Virus record (IMG/VR): IMGVR_UViG_3300045970_000382
Coordinates: 92,224-156,223 of that record
DNA from: a virus
Direction: 5' to 3' (one strand)
DNA: 64,000 nucleotides
Shown here piece by piece: positions 21,511 through 32,281 of the stretch. How positions within the stretch are numbered: position 1 is the stretch's first letter; the number at the start of each line of letters is the position of its first letter. The notes beneath the pieces were generated by a model that searched no databases, was not told where the DNA came from, and was given only the letters and a program-made list of their open reading frames with translations. A program made the translations under genes and the position numbers.

Positions 21511-21720
21511 TTACAGTTTAGTAAATGGATAATTCCCCTTAATTTCAGCATTTAAAAATTTGCCTTTTGAATCGGCATCTAAAAAGTCTTCAAAAATTTT
21601 TAATGGCACATGATTATACATATACTCGGAGCCATTTTTAAATTCAACAGTTAACTCCTTGCTTTCTTCATTGTAAGACAGACTTGCAATATTACTGGAT
21701 GATACCTCAATTTTTTTCAT
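21511..21720 (-). CDS. KTSC-domain protein
   Basis: VSSSNI..Y...L.VEF.NG..Y.Y..VP and SKGKF motifs. Confidence 0.9.
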   Translation of the reverse strand: MKKIEVSSSNIASLSYNEESKELTVEFKNGSEYMYNHVPLKIFEDFLDADSKGKFLNAEIKGNYPFTKL

Positions 21721-21741
21721 ATATTACTCCTATGTTAATAA

Positions 21742-21840
21742 TGTGTTTTAAGCGTGTTTAAATTTCAACGGTTATCAGTGCATAGCTATGTTTAAAACTA
21801 AGCTTAAAACGCATTTTTAGTGGTTATTTAACGGGATTTT
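21742..21840. repeat. ~100-bp phased T-tract element, copy B
   Basis: TGTGTTTTAAGC...CTAAGCTTAAA...TATTT..AC.GG aligns with copy C. Confidence 0.6.
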
Positions 21841-22574
21841 CAGTCATCAATATCGACTACGCGATTCATTAGTATTGTATATATTTCAGGATCTAAATCA
21901 TCTTTAAATAAATTACCTAACCTTTTAAATTCAGCTTCTTTAGCTGCTTTATAGGCTAGCCTAGCTTCTTCTTCTGTTTTGTAACTACCAAGGTACTTTA
22001 ATTTTCCTTCAACGTTACAAGCAGCTTTGTATGGATTTGTTTTACTACCAGAAGGAGAAACTCCAATACGAAATTCACCTCTACTAGCATCACTTTTTTC
22101 TAAAACAGTGTTTATCTGAGGTGGAACTAAGCAACAAGTTTCTGGTGAATATAGCTTGTTTCCTTTAATACGAAGATCTTTGTCTATTTGCCAAAATAAA
22201 GCAGATCCAAACATTGATAAGTAATCAGGAGCAAAATTCTGAAAATTCCACCAACGTTCACATACAGTACAAGCACTATAAGTAGGCCATACACCTCTAA
22301 TAGTTTCATTATAACATCTTCGTAACATCTGAATCCAACAATTATAAATTCTTGGATATAATTTACAAGAATAATTTCCAACTCCAATAAATGCAATACC
22401 ATAAATAATTGGATGATTTAGATTCTTAACCTGACCATTTCTTAAAGCGCCAGCATTACAAATTTTTTCAGTCCCATCTTTAAATCTAATTTTTACATTG
22501 TTATAATCTATATATTCCATAACAGTGCAATTACCAGATTTATTTGTTTTGAATACATCACCTATTTTAATCAT
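21840..22574 (-). CDS. HNH-like/AP2 homing endonuclease, family copy 5
   Basis: Same motifs as copy 1. Confidence 0.8.
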   Translation of the reverse strand: MIKIGDVFKTNKSGNCTVMEYIDYNNVKIRFKDGTEKICNAGALRNGQVKNLNHPIIYGIAFIGVGNYSCKLYPRIYNCWIQMLRRCYNETIRGVWPTYSACTVCERWWNFQNFAPDYLSMFGSALFWQIDKDLRIKGNKLYSPETCCLVPPQINTVLEKSDASRGEFRIGVSPSGSKTNPYKAACNVEGKLKYLGSYKTEEEARLAYKAAKEAEFKRLGNLFKDDLDPEIYTILMNRVVDIDD

Positions 22575-23704
22575 GCTGTCTCCTTTATTAAAGCTTTTGC
22601 CTGTGTTACTACTTTTGGTGCAAGAGTTTTACCAAGGAGTTGTATAACTTTGTCTTTGTTTTCAACTATATCTTCTAAAGTTTTTATTCCAGCAGCATCC
22701 AACTTCTTGGCTTTCACTATTCCAATTCCATCTAACGAAACTAATTCGGCTAGACCGGCTCTGACACCATGTTTTACACGGAGTGCAATAATAGTTAGTT
22801 CTTTAGAACTCTCCCAACCAAATAATCCATTCATCCACGTTAATGCTCCAATTATTCTATCAATATCAGATCGTAATTGTCGTGAGTAAATATGGATTCC
22901 TTCTTGTTCAGTTAGAACATCATATAAATCTGCAGCAATAGTACTTTTAGTTATAGATTTTGATACTAGTTGAGGAATTGTATCTAAAACAGCTTCAGAA
23001 TAATTCTCAACGAATTCTATATCTTTAGCAGCTATATAACCAGCCTGCATACTTGGAGTTGTTCCAAGAGTATAGGAAATAGCCAAATCACTAGACCAGA
23101 GATTATGATTATAGATATTCATAAAATTCATATACCAATGAAAAACATCTCTTGGATAAAAATAAAGAGTAGCACTTATTTTACCTAACGAAGTAATCTT
23201 AAACACACCAGTATCTGTAAGTGTTAACATTCTTATTTTAATAAGATCAGCTAATACTTGATCTATAAACCCATCTTCTAATTTTAACTGAATAGCTGCC
23301 AATGATCTTAAAAACCAATGTCTTAGTGTTTCCCTATTCCAAACCTCACCATTGGATATTTCAGCCAGTACATGAAATCCTAAAATGTCACTGTTAATCA
23401 AAGTAGATATGATATTTCGTGGATTATTTATTTTATATTGCCATGAAGAAACATTATCACAGATAAAATAACAACGACCTATATCAGACCAACCTAAACG
23501 ACCACAACGTCCAGCAGCCTGCAATATATCTAATTCATCTATTTGACTAAGACCACGTGTGTTACCTACAATAATAACATTGGTAGCACAGGTGTTGCAG
23601 TTATGTGTTAAGATTTTATTAGCAAAAAAGTTATGGTTCTTTTCTACAGATAAGTCTATATGGATATTTTCTGATTTTCGCTTCACAATAGATGTTATTT
23701 TCAT
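22571..23704 (-). CDS. C-terminal half of Ski2/Hel308-like helicase, preceded by a 35-aa split-intein C fragment
   Basis: MKITSI...DLSVEKNHNFFANKILTHN|C; helicase motif VI QAAGRCGR; C-terminal HhH. Confidence 0.9.
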   Translation of the reverse strand: MKITSIVKRKSENIHIDLSVEKNHNFFANKILTHNCNTCATNVIIVGNTRGLSQIDELDILQAAGRCGRLGWSDIGRCYFICDNVSSWQYKINNPRNIISTLINSDILGFHVLAEISNGEVWNRETLRHWFLRSLAAIQLKLEDGFIDQVLADLIKIRMLTLTDTGVFKITSLGKISATLYFYPRDVFHWYMNFMNIYNHNLWSSDLAISYTLGTTPSMQAGYIAAKDIEFVENYSEAVLDTIPQLVSKSITKSTIAADLYDVLTEQEGIHIYSRQLRSDIDRIIGALTWMNGLFGWESSKELTIIALRVKHGVRAGLAELVSLDGIGIVKAKKLDAAGIKTLEDIVENKDKVIQLLGKTLAPKVVTQAKALIKETA

Positions 23705-24548
23705 AATTTTTTAATATTTTTTTAATTTCAATTTGGAATTTATTAAGAACAGCTTGTGGAGAATCTTTCCTATAATTAAAAGGAATTCTTATAACATGCC
23801 ATCCTAATGATTGTAAAAATAAATCTTTTCTATTATCACTTTCTATTTTTTCAGGACTTGAGTGACATATATCTGAATCTATTTCAATAGCAATTTTAAA
23901 TTCAAGAATAGCAAAATCTATACAATATCCTCTATGACATTTACCATTATTATCAGGTTCAGGATAATTAAAATCTATTTTAAAAGGTAATTTAATAATG
24001 TTTATCCAAGAAATTATTTTCTTTTCAAATTTACTAGGCTCTTGATACATACCAAGATAATGCCAAGCTGTATGTTCACGTTGAAGTTTTTTTGATTCTT
24101 CAGTATGTTTTTTCCCATAAAAATGATTATCTTTACCTGATTCATTTTCATTTTTTACACGTCTTGGGAATGTTGGAGTATTTTGATAATGGGCTTTCAT
24201 TGTCTTGCTTATCTGTTGTTTTGTTTCATTTGTTTGTGCAGGTCTTAATGCAAAAGATGCTTTCATTTTTAATGAAAATTCTTCTGTTTTCCAAAGTTCT
24301 TTATTTTGTAAATTACGCTCTTTAACTTTGTCAGGATTAGCTTTGCAATAGGCTTTTGAAGTTTCTCTTTTATTATCTTTCCATTTTTGACTAACTAAAG
24401 GAGCGTTAGGATATTTAACTTTGTATTCAGTTAATTTATATCCATGCGTAAAAAATAAATGTCCATTAGTTATTTGTTTACATTGTTTACCACATTCTCT
24501 ACAAGAGATTGTTTCATATGTATCATTTTCAAACATTAGCTTCACCAT
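23631..24548 (-). CDS. Free-standing Vsr/DUF559-like endonuclease with zinc finger and NUMOD3-like repeats, between the split-intein halves
   Basis: CRECG...HL...H, NHFYGKKHTEESK, IDFA...AIEID...H and D..KD.FL...GW.VIRI motifs. Confidence 0.8.
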   Translation of the reverse strand: MVKLMFENDTYETISCRECGKQCKQITNGHLFFTHGYKLTEYKVKYPNAPLVSQKWKDNKRETSKAYCKANPDKVKERNLQNKELWKTEEFSLKMKASFALRPAQTNETKQQISKTMKAHYQNTPTFPRRVKNENESGKDNHFYGKKHTEESKKLQREHTAWHYLGMYQEPSKFEKKIISWINIIKLPFKIDFNYPEPDNNGKCHRGYCIDFAILEFKIAIEIDSDICHSSPEKIESDNRKDLFLQSLGWHVIRIPFNYRKDSPQAVLNKFQIEIKKILKNYENNIYCEAKIRKYPYRLICRKEP

Positions 24549-24579
24549 TAGCTTACCTTAGGATTAGCTTACATTAACA

Positions 24580-27500
24580 TTAACTAAAATCAGTGTCAAG
24601 ATTAAACAAATCTTCTTCCCCTGTAAGATTTTGTGCTTCAATTATTGAAAAAGAATTATCTTTATTTTTACAATAAAAAGGATGTTTTCTATCTACAATT
24701 ATTGTTTTTCCATTTTCTAATGTAATAACAAACTCATTAATAGGTCCATATTCTAAGACATTAAGAATATTATCTTGTTCTAAATATCCTTGTTCATTCC
24801 AAGATAAAATTTCATCATTGATTTTAATATCTTTAGCTAATTTTTCTGTCCCATTAGACATAGTTACTAATGTATCTTTTGATACAGAACCCCATGCCAA
24901 ACCGCTGGTGGAAATTAATACTTGTAAAGATTCTTTAGTATTTTCAGCAAAATCTTCTAAAAATTGTGTTCGGGAACTCATTTCTAAATCAGCATTATAA
25001 AATAAACAATCAATTTCTTGATCTTTAAATTTAGATTCAAGCATCCGTCCAGTATTTTTATCATGTACGAAGATTAGTGTTTTCTCATTTGGATTTTTAT
25101 AATAACATTCAAGAGCTAGATTCAATTTATCTTGCTGTTGGTCAGCATATCTTAAAGATGTGTCATATTCTAATAAATTCCATTGAATAACAGTGGGTCT
25201 CCAATTATTATTTATTACTTCTGTCGGTTTACCGTTTAGTGTTGTAAGCCAAGTCTTAAATTCAGATACATTTGGCATAGTAGCAGATAGCATCAATATC
25301 TTAGCTGATGGTACTAACTTTGAAAATCGCATGATTCCTACTTCAAGTGCATGTCCTCTATTTGTAGTAAGAAGTGATGATTCGTCGGTAATTATCAGCC
25401 CAATATCAAATAACCAATCTGATTTTTCAGATTTATAATTTCGTGAACGGGAGTTATGTAACATAATTCCACCTTGTCCGCCAATCCAATTTTGTATTGG
25501 GTATGAAACATTTTTAGGTTGTATTTCAAGATCATATACAATATCTTTTCTTAAAAATTCTATACTTTTAATTTTGACAAAATGTAAATGTGGATTGAGA
25601 TTGTTTCTTTGTCTTGGGTTATTTTCATTAATTCGTATATCCCATGTTAAATATTCTTTATCTTTGTATATTCTAGTATTTTTTATTACAAAACTAAATC
25701 TTCCAACTAATAGTGTTAAATTTTGAATATCTTTAGATAGTTGAAAAGATGCTGTTCTAAAAAGATGTCTATTTTTACTTGAGTTATCAAAAAACCCATC
25801 ACCGCAAAGCATTCCATTTAAAAAGGATTCTATTTTAGATGCTTCCCAAGTAAAAACAAAATCAGGAATAGATTTTTCACGAGATAATCCACCAAACAAA
25901 TGTCCTATGTATTGCCATAAAACTGAATTCACATGCAGTGTGTGTATTATTCCACCAATAGGTCTAATATCTGTTTTTGAAGTAATATTACCACCAAAAA
26001 CTTTTTGTGCCCGTTCTAAAAATTGTAAGTTGTCATTTTTTTGCTCTATGGTTAATCTTGGGCCACGAACACAGCATCCATCAGCAACAAAAAATCCCAA
26101 TGCCCATGCTAGATCATTGTCAACTTCAATTTTTGCTGGAAATTCTAATTTAGAATGATATGCTTTTACTTTTTTCATTTCATTTATATCTAATAAACCT
26201 AATCTAAATGAATTTTCAAGTAATATTAATGGGAGATAACCTCGTTTTCTCCAATCATTTATTCTTTGTGTTGTCTTACTTAGACGTTCGTTTTCATATT
26301 TTATTGATGGGACTGCGCTAATTAAATAAAAATCATTTGAAAAAAGATTTAGTATTTTATCACTTGTGAAAAATGTTCTAGTTTTATTTACTATAGGTAA
26401 ATCTAATAACAGTTCAGCAAACGGAATTATAGATTTAGTTGCTAAAGTTTCAAATCCAGTACTTATAGCAACTTGATCTTTTTCTATATCAATATCTTTT
26501 AATATTTTAGGTATTAGTTTCTTTGTAGTTTTATCTAAGATAAATAAATTATGGCATTCTGTCATTTCAACAGATCTTCCTCCAATTAAAGATACTTTAT
26601 AAATATCTTTTGGTTCTATTTTAATTCTTCCAGTTATTTCAGTCGGTAAGATTCCTTTTCCTTCATGGTAAGAAAATACTTCACAATCAATATTATCTTC
26701 AACTATGTTACCAATACAGTCTTTCCAAACATTGCCGTTTTTATAACAATAAAGCTCAGTTTCGTATGGATACGAGTCGGTCATTTCTGATGTACAACAA
26801 ATAATATCAGCTTCGTTTAGTTCTTTAGCTTTTGTTTCTGTTAGAACAAAGTCTCCAGTTAAAATACATATTTTATAATCTTGTCCAAATGATTTAGTCC
26901 AGTCGTTAAATTTTTCAAGAGTTAATGCTTTTAATGGTGAGACATAACAAATCTTCTTTTTGTGTACTTTTAATGTTTCCCAAACAAATAATTCAGCAGA
27001 TATAGTTTTTCCTGTTGATGTAGCTGTTCCTAATACTAAGTTACAATCTTGATGCCAATAACCGTGTTTTAAAATTGTGGATTGCACACGATTGAATTGC
27101 TTAAATCCATATTTAAAATGTGGAAAATAATTATTTAAATAACAATCTTCAATCTCAACTAAATCTGTCATCATTTCTTTTGATGCCAAGTCTTTTGTTG
27201 GTTTATAAACAGGTTCAATAGAACTTTGTACCGATTTAATTGTCGAATTTAAAGATCTTAAATGATGTTCTGTTTTTGTACCACAGTTAGGAAATGCAGC
27301 ACAACCCATGAATTTTACACCTGTAGCTTTAACAGTTCTTTCAACGGTATAAGAACCACATTTTTTACAGAATATAATCTCATTAGATATTTTAATCAGA
27401 TTATTTACTCGAAGAGTTATTCTTTCAAATACAGTAGTGTTACCCTCTGTTCGTAATACTTTAGGTTCCTGACATATAATTTTATTTGCAATAGTGTCGT

Positions 27501-27729
27501 ATAAAATGTTACGAATGGCGTCTTCACCAATATCTCTGGTTTTGCCAGTACCATCAACAGTGGTATAGATATGTATTTCAAGTGAAGGTTTAGATTTTAA
27601 AGTGGCACAGATGACTAACTCTGTTCCTCTCTTTGGAAGTTTAAATTCCCATTTTAAAAAATCGTGTTGAGGAGTAAAAAAAGTATCTGCCCAGTTTTCA
27701 AATTGATCTTTTGTTAGAGCAACAAACAT
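24580..27729 (-). CDS. N-terminal half of Ski2/Hel308-like SF2 helicase, containing a cis intein and ending in a split-intein N fragment
   Basis: Zinc ribbon, Q motif FNRVQ, TSTGKT, PLKAL, DESS, SAT and STSGLAWG motifs. Confidence 0.9.
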   Translation of the reverse strand: MFVALTKDQFENWADTFFTPQHDFLKWEFKLPKRGTELVICATLKSKPSLEIHIYTTVDGTGKTRDIGEDAIRNILYDTIANKIICQEPKVLRTEGNTTVFERITLRVNNLIKISNEIIFCKKCGSYTVERTVKATGVKFMGCAAFPNCGTKTEHHLRSLNSTIKSVQSSIEPVYKPTKDLASKEMMTDLVEIEDCYLNNYFPHFKYGFKQFNRVQSTILKHGYWHQDCNLVLGTATSTGKTISAELFVWETLKVHKKKICYVSPLKALTLEKFNDWTKSFGQDYKICILTGDFVLTETKAKELNEADIICCTSEMTDSYPYETELYCYKNGNVWKDCIGNIVEDNIDCEVFSYHEGKGILPTEITGRIKIEPKDIYKVSLIGGRSVEMTECHNLFILDKTTKKLIPKILKDIDIEKDQVAISTGFETLATKSIIPFAELLLDLPIVNKTRTFFTSDKILNLFSNDFYLISAVPSIKYENERLSKTTQRINDWRKRGYLPLILLENSFRLGLLDINEMKKVKAYHSKLEFPAKIEVDNDLAWALGFFVADGCCVRGPRLTIEQKNDNLQFLERAQKVFGGNITSKTDIRPIGGIIHTLHVNSVLWQYIGHLFGGLSREKSIPDFVFTWEASKIESFLNGMLCGDGFFDNSSKNRHLFRTASFQLSKDIQNLTLLVGRFSFVIKNTRIYKDKEYLTWDIRINENNPRQRNNLNPHLHFVKIKSIEFLRKDIVYDLEIQPKNVSYPIQNWIGGQGGIMLHNSRSRNYKSEKSDWLFDIGLIITDESSLLTTNRGHALEVGIMRFSKLVPSAKILMLSATMPNVSEFKTWLTTLNGKPTEVINNNWRPTVIQWNLLEYDTSLRYADQQQDKLNLALECYYKNPNEKTLIFVHDKNTGRMLESKFKDQEIDCLFYNADLEMSSRTQFLEDFAENTKESLQVLISTSGLAWGSVSKDTLVTMSNGTEKLAKDIKINDEILSWNEQGYLEQDNILNVLEYGPINEFVITLENGKTIIVDRKHPFYCKNKDNSFSIIEAQNLTGEEDLFNLDTDFS
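24583..24888 (-). mobile_element. Split intein N fragment (102 aa, Ser1)
   Basis: LAWG|SVSKDTLV...block B VDRKHPF...AQNL then stop. Confidence 0.85.
25453..26775 (-). mobile_element. Cis intein (441 aa) with LAGLIDADG endonuclease
   Basis: EMTD|SYPYET, TECH block B, LGFFVADG, FLNGMLCGDG, VYDLEI and LHN|S. Confidence 0.9.
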
Positions 27730-27801
27730 GCTTATGCCTTTTATGAATTAATTGGTATTTCATTATATAAAAACTATAATAAATAAGCTAGACTGTATTA
27801 A

Positions 27802-28803
27802 TCATTTATTTTGTTGGAATTCTAGATTATGGAGTCGTTCACGGATTAGAGTACAATATTCTGGATTTTTTTCTATAAGAACGTAATTTCTATTTGTGAA
27901 TAGACATGCTATTCCTGTTGAACCTGATCCAGCAAAAGGATCTAATACTGTGTCACCTTTTTTTGAAATCATTTTAACTAAATGCTCCATTAATTTTAAG
28001 GGTTTTACAGTAGGATGTTTATTACTTAAGATTGAATCTAGACCTAAATTTCTTTCACTCTTTACAGATTTTGTTGAGTAAAAATATCTAGATATTTCAA
28101 TATTTGGAAAAATAGATAAAACTTCATCTGATTCATCATGCATTACATTTGACGGATATCTTCCTAAATCATTGGGTATCCAAGTATCTTTAGGATTTAA
28201 ATAATAACTTGAAGCATGTTCTCTCCTTTTTTGTTTTGAATTATCTATTTTTACATTATCTACGTCTCCAAATCTAACATCATCTATATTAAGTGCTCCT
28301 GTTCCCCAACGAACGATGTTCTCTGTTATGGTATGATATAAAAGTGGCTTCCTAGCCAATGTTATAGGTTCAAGTGCTGGTTTTAAGCAAGAAGCAGAAC
28401 CTTCCCATTCACCTTTATCATCTAATATCTTATCTATACTTTTACCTAAATTGACTCCTTTTGGAAACCCACTACCATATAGCCAAATGAGCATATCTCT
28501 TATTTCAAAACCAGCATCTTCAATACGCACAGCCATTCTATGCTGAGTTTTAGTTCCTGAAAAAGATAATAGATGTCCTCCAGGTTTAAGTACCCGTAAA
28601 CATTCTTCCCATATATCTTGAGAAGGAACATCATAGTCCCATTTATTACACATAAATGAGATTCCATAAGGCGGATCTGTTATGATTGCATCAATAGAAT
28701 TTGAGGCAAAATTCTGCATTTCTAACAAACAATCTCCCTGATAGACTTTGTTAGTCTTAAATCTATTTTTGTAATTAGATTTTAATTCTTCAAACTTAGA
28801 CAT
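27802..28803 (-). CDS. Beta-class N6-adenine/N4-cytosine DNA methyltransferase
   Basis: TDPPY, HPTVKP and DPFAGSGST motifs. Confidence 0.92.
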   Translation of the reverse strand: MSKFEELKSNYKNRFKTNKVYQGDCLLEMQNFASNSIDAIITDPPYGISFMCNKWDYDVPSQDIWEECLRVLKPGGHLLSFSGTKTQHRMAVRIEDAGFEIRDMLIWLYGSGFPKGVNLGKSIDKILDDKGEWEGSASCLKPALEPITLARKPLLYHTITENIVRWGTGALNIDDVRFGDVDNVKIDNSKQKRREHASSYYLNPKDTWIPNDLGRYPSNVMHDESDEVLSIFPNIEISRYFYSTKSVKSERNLGLDSILSNKHPTVKPLKLMEHLVKMISKKGDTVLDPFAGSGSTGIACLFTNRNYVLIEKNPEYCTLIRERLHNLEFQQNK

Positions 28804-29014
28804 TATTTATCTAATAAAGAGGAATTATCAGTTCTACTTATATAACTCAAATCTGAGACATAATGTTGTATTTTGTTTTTTGAATCTAATTTAAATCTAG
28901 CTTCAAAATGATAATAACCTTCTCCTTCCTTAGTTAGTTTTTGTAAGGCTTTTATGATTTTTTGTTGAAGGTTATGTTCATCAAGATTAATTAAAGAATC
29001 ATCTGTTATAATTA

Positions 29015-29296
29015 TTACCATCTATTTTTAGGATTAAGATTTTCAATTAATTTTACTAAAATATCACCATGACAGGCTTTTGGTTTACAACAACACCCTA
29101 ATACTTTATCTTGTAAATTAGGTAACATTTCTCTAAGATGTTCAGCTTGTGGAGAATTAGTTATCCATTCTTCATATTTTTGAATAACTTCTTCTCTGTT
29201 ACCATCTTTACCTATGATAAATGGATTACCCCACTGACCTGGACGTCTTATATCTACATCATATTTACTATTATAGGCATTTACTACCTTAGTCAT
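29015..29296 (-). CDS. DUF4326-like protein
   Basis: WGNPF...LGCCCKPKACHGD motif. Confidence 0.8.
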   Translation of the reverse strand: MTKVVNAYNSKYDVDIRRPGQWGNPFIIGKDGNREEVIQKYEEWITNSPQAEHLREMLPNLQDKVLGCCCKPKACHGDILVKLIENLNPKNRW

Positions 29297-29302
29297 TTTA
29301 AT

Positions 29303-29644
29303 TTATTCCTTAAGAAAGATTTTCCAAGCGTTACGTTCATAAGAATCAGTTGTATAGCCATTTTTTAATAAATTTTTTAACAGATTTTTATCTAAAATAC
29401 TTTCTACATAAATTGTTTTTTTGAAAGATTCAAGATGTAGAATCATTCCTTTAAAATAACCTTGACCTTGATATTTTTCTGGTATAGAAACGTTAGCTAC
29501 ATCAATTGTGTTATAAATAACTCCACCCAAATTGTGATAACCATGCCGTAAATAGACCTTGATATGTTTAGTTTCAATCCAGGTATTTTTTACATGATTA
29601 TCTATAAAATAATCAATGAGTTTTAAAAGTGTCTTATCTTTCAT
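29303..29644 (-). CDS. GNAT-like acetyltransferase
   Basis: V.I..KYQGQG acetyl-CoA binding motif. Confidence 0.55.
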   Translation of the reverse strand: MKDKTLLKLIDYFIDNHVKNTWIETKHIKVYLRHGYHNLGGVIYNTIDVANVSIPEKYQGQGYFKGMILHLESFKKTIYVESILDKNLLKNLLKNGYTTDSYERNAWKIFLKE

Positions 29645-30222
29645 TATGAAACCTCAGCGTATTTAAAATTCTCAATTACGAACGGAGTGTCATTTCCGTA
29701 TTTCTTTTTATACTGTAGGTACTCGTTTTTATTCACTAAAAAATAGACGGCATCGTTTAACATTAATCCATTAAGACTAGCCCTTATTTCATAAAAGTTT
29801 TTATATATCTCGCTTTCTTTTGGTTTTAGATCAATAAAAGTTTCGTGATATTTTCCTTTATGCTGATTACTAAAGTGAGACTTAAACTTTTTAAGAGAAA
29901 TATTTTTACTGGGTAACACTGTGACATCTAAAATATTTTCAATTATTTCAGGATAATTGTTGAGTAAGAACGATAATGAATCTTTATTTACGTATCTTGT
30001 GTATGTTAAATAAAACCATTTAAAAACATCAGAATGGTTTTTTAAGTTATATAATCCATTTCTTGTTTTTGAGAATGGTACTTTGTCATTAAGAACTTTT
30101 GCTATTTTAAACAAAAGAATAATTTCATTATTCTTTATGGCTACATGTACTTGGAATATTGCTCTTTCATTAGGGATTATTGTTATAGTCTTTCCGTATT
30201 TTGTTCTCATAAATCCCCTTAA

Positions 30223-31077
30223 TCATCTTATTATTGAATTTTCACGTTCACCTTCGACTCTTCTTTTAACTTTTTCATAAAAGACTTTAATATCAGTAAA
30301 GGCTAAGTCAGCTATGCCTTGAAAACGACCTGCTATGAAAGCTGTTTGAATTGAATCATCGTCAGATATAACACATTCTTTAATACCATTACATGTAATT
30401 TCATAATTTTCTAAATCATTAAATACATTGTGAATTAATTCCCATTGAGATACATTAAAACGGCCTTTAAGTAGTTCTTTATCTACTAAATTAGTGTCAC
30501 CTGTTTTTATTTTGTTGATGATTTGTCTCTGCATAGCTTTATCGCCATTTGACTTGCGAATGATACCTAATGCGTCATTGGTCTTTAATTCACCACTTTT
30601 CATTGCTTCTTTTACAGAGTCATCAGCATTAAGAAGTGCTATGCGATTGCTTACGTGAGACAATGATTTACCAATTCTTTTAGCTATATCAGCTTGGCTC
30701 CAATTATAAGGATCATCACGGAGTCGTTGCAACATTTCAGCTTCTTCAAGCGGTAAAAAATGCTTACCATCATTAGATGTTATCATGTCGGCAAATATAT
30801 AGGCTTCTGATTCATTTTCATCTATTACTAGAGCAATAAAATCAGGAATAATTCCTTTTTCAACTAAACTCATACAGGCCATGTATCGTCTATGACCATC
30901 AATGAGTTGGTATTCACCATCTTTTAGTTGAACTCTACAAGGCTGTAACATGCCACGCTCTTTAATAGATTCAGCCAGTATCTTCAAGTCCCCAAAATCA
31001 AAGCGGGTGTTTCTTCCAGGAATTACTGTTACGTTTCGTGGATCTAATGTTTGAAAGTTATTATTTATAGGAGTCAT
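30223..31077 (-). CDS. Second ParB-like protein
   Basis: GMLQP, DGHRR, PLEEA and HTH SQADIAKRIGKS motifs; likely start ATG 31077 rather than 31155. Confidence 0.8.
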   Translation of the reverse strand: MTPINNNFQTLDPRNVTVIPGRNTRFDFGDLKILAESIKERGMLQPCRVQLKDGEYQLIDGHRRYMACMSLVEKGIIPDFIALVIDENESEAYIFADMITSNDGKHFLPLEEAEMLQRLRDDPYNWSQADIAKRIGKSLSHVSNRIALLNADDSVKEAMKSGELKTNDALGIIRKSNGDKAMQRQIINKIKTGDTNLVDKELLKGRFNVSQWELIHNVFNDLENYEITCNGIKECVISDDDSIQTAFIAGRFQGIADLAFTDIKVFYEKVKRRVEGERENSIIR

Positions 31078-31831
31078 AAGAGCGTATTGCAGAGTAGTCG
31101 TTGGTTGTGATGTCTTTAATTGAATTAAAAAACTGTTTAAGAGTTTCAGAATCAAATCCTTTTTTCAATAATGCTTGTCTAATTAAAGGAGCATCACAAT
31201 CTTCCTCTAAATAAGCATTGTCATCTTTCATATAAGAATATGAAGATATTTTATTTTCAATACCTAATACCATTAAATGACCTTTATTAATACGGAGCCA
31301 ACTGTGTCCAGGATCAGAATAAAATGTTAATGCTTTAGAATTAAGAGTTACGTTTTTACCATTTGTGATAATCATACTTATAGCCTTTTGTTTTTGTTTG
31401 GTAATATATTATACAAAAACTACACTTGTATGTAAAGATACAAAATCAATATATTTTTATCAAACGGTTGGAATCATCACCCACTTGAGTAGAAAGACGG
31501 ATGTGATATTGATTTGGATTATTTGCTTTGTGAATAACTAGGCGTACACAGTCGTAGTGTAAATGATATTGTTCTAGAATAGGTGAAGTTTCGTGATCTA
31601 AACACCAGATTATCTCGAGTTCGTCATCTTTTTCGATAAGACTTAAAATGGTCAGCCATTCAATGGATAGTGTAGCTGGATTTAAAATTACAGAAGCTTT
31701 ATATTTTCTAGATTTGATAGGATACTTATCTATAATCTCAGATAAAATGTAAAACATATATTCTCTAGGAGCACCTTTCTCAGTAGTGTACCTTAAATTG
31801 ATTCTAGATTTGTTTTCATTTGTGAGAGTAA

Positions 31832-32058
31832 AAGCAACAAAATCAGATCTTTTTAGATTAAGGATATCTAATTCTGATAGCAGAATCCTAGTTCCGAAAG
31901 TAAAGGCTTTTTGTTTTATCACGGAACTAGAATTAAAGATTAAGCAACAAAATCAGATCTTTTTAGATTAAGGATATCTAATTCTGATAGCAGAATCCTA
32001 GTTCCGAAAGTAAAGGCTTTTTGTTTTATCACGGAACTAGAATTAAAGATTAAGCAAC
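31832..32058. repeat. Perfect 110-bp tandem duplication bounded by AAGCAAC microhomology
   Basis: 31832-31941 equals 31942-32051; AAGCAAC recurs at 32052. Confidence 0.9.
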
Positions 32059-32281
32059 CTGTTCATAAGATTTTCTTACAGGTTGTTTTTTAGCAGGAAT
32101 CATTGTAAATAATTTCATATCTATGATATGTGGATTGGTTAAAGTTTTGGTCTTATTCACCAAGGCAACTATATTGGACTTTTTCATTCTAAATCTCCTC
32201 TTGTTTAAGTTCCAAATTTGACTCTGGATATTCGTACAAGTTCAGATTAGCATATCTTGAATGAAAGTCAATATTTAATTT

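Noticed and set aside
29571-29584. GGATTGAAAC on the minus strand as another repeat unit
   Set aside because: Inside a coding frame (WIET) with no adjacent hairpin; chance match
31078-31155. Longer N-terminus for the second ParB
   Set aside because: It overlaps ORF 31061-31375 extensively; the ParB domain begins after ATG 31077
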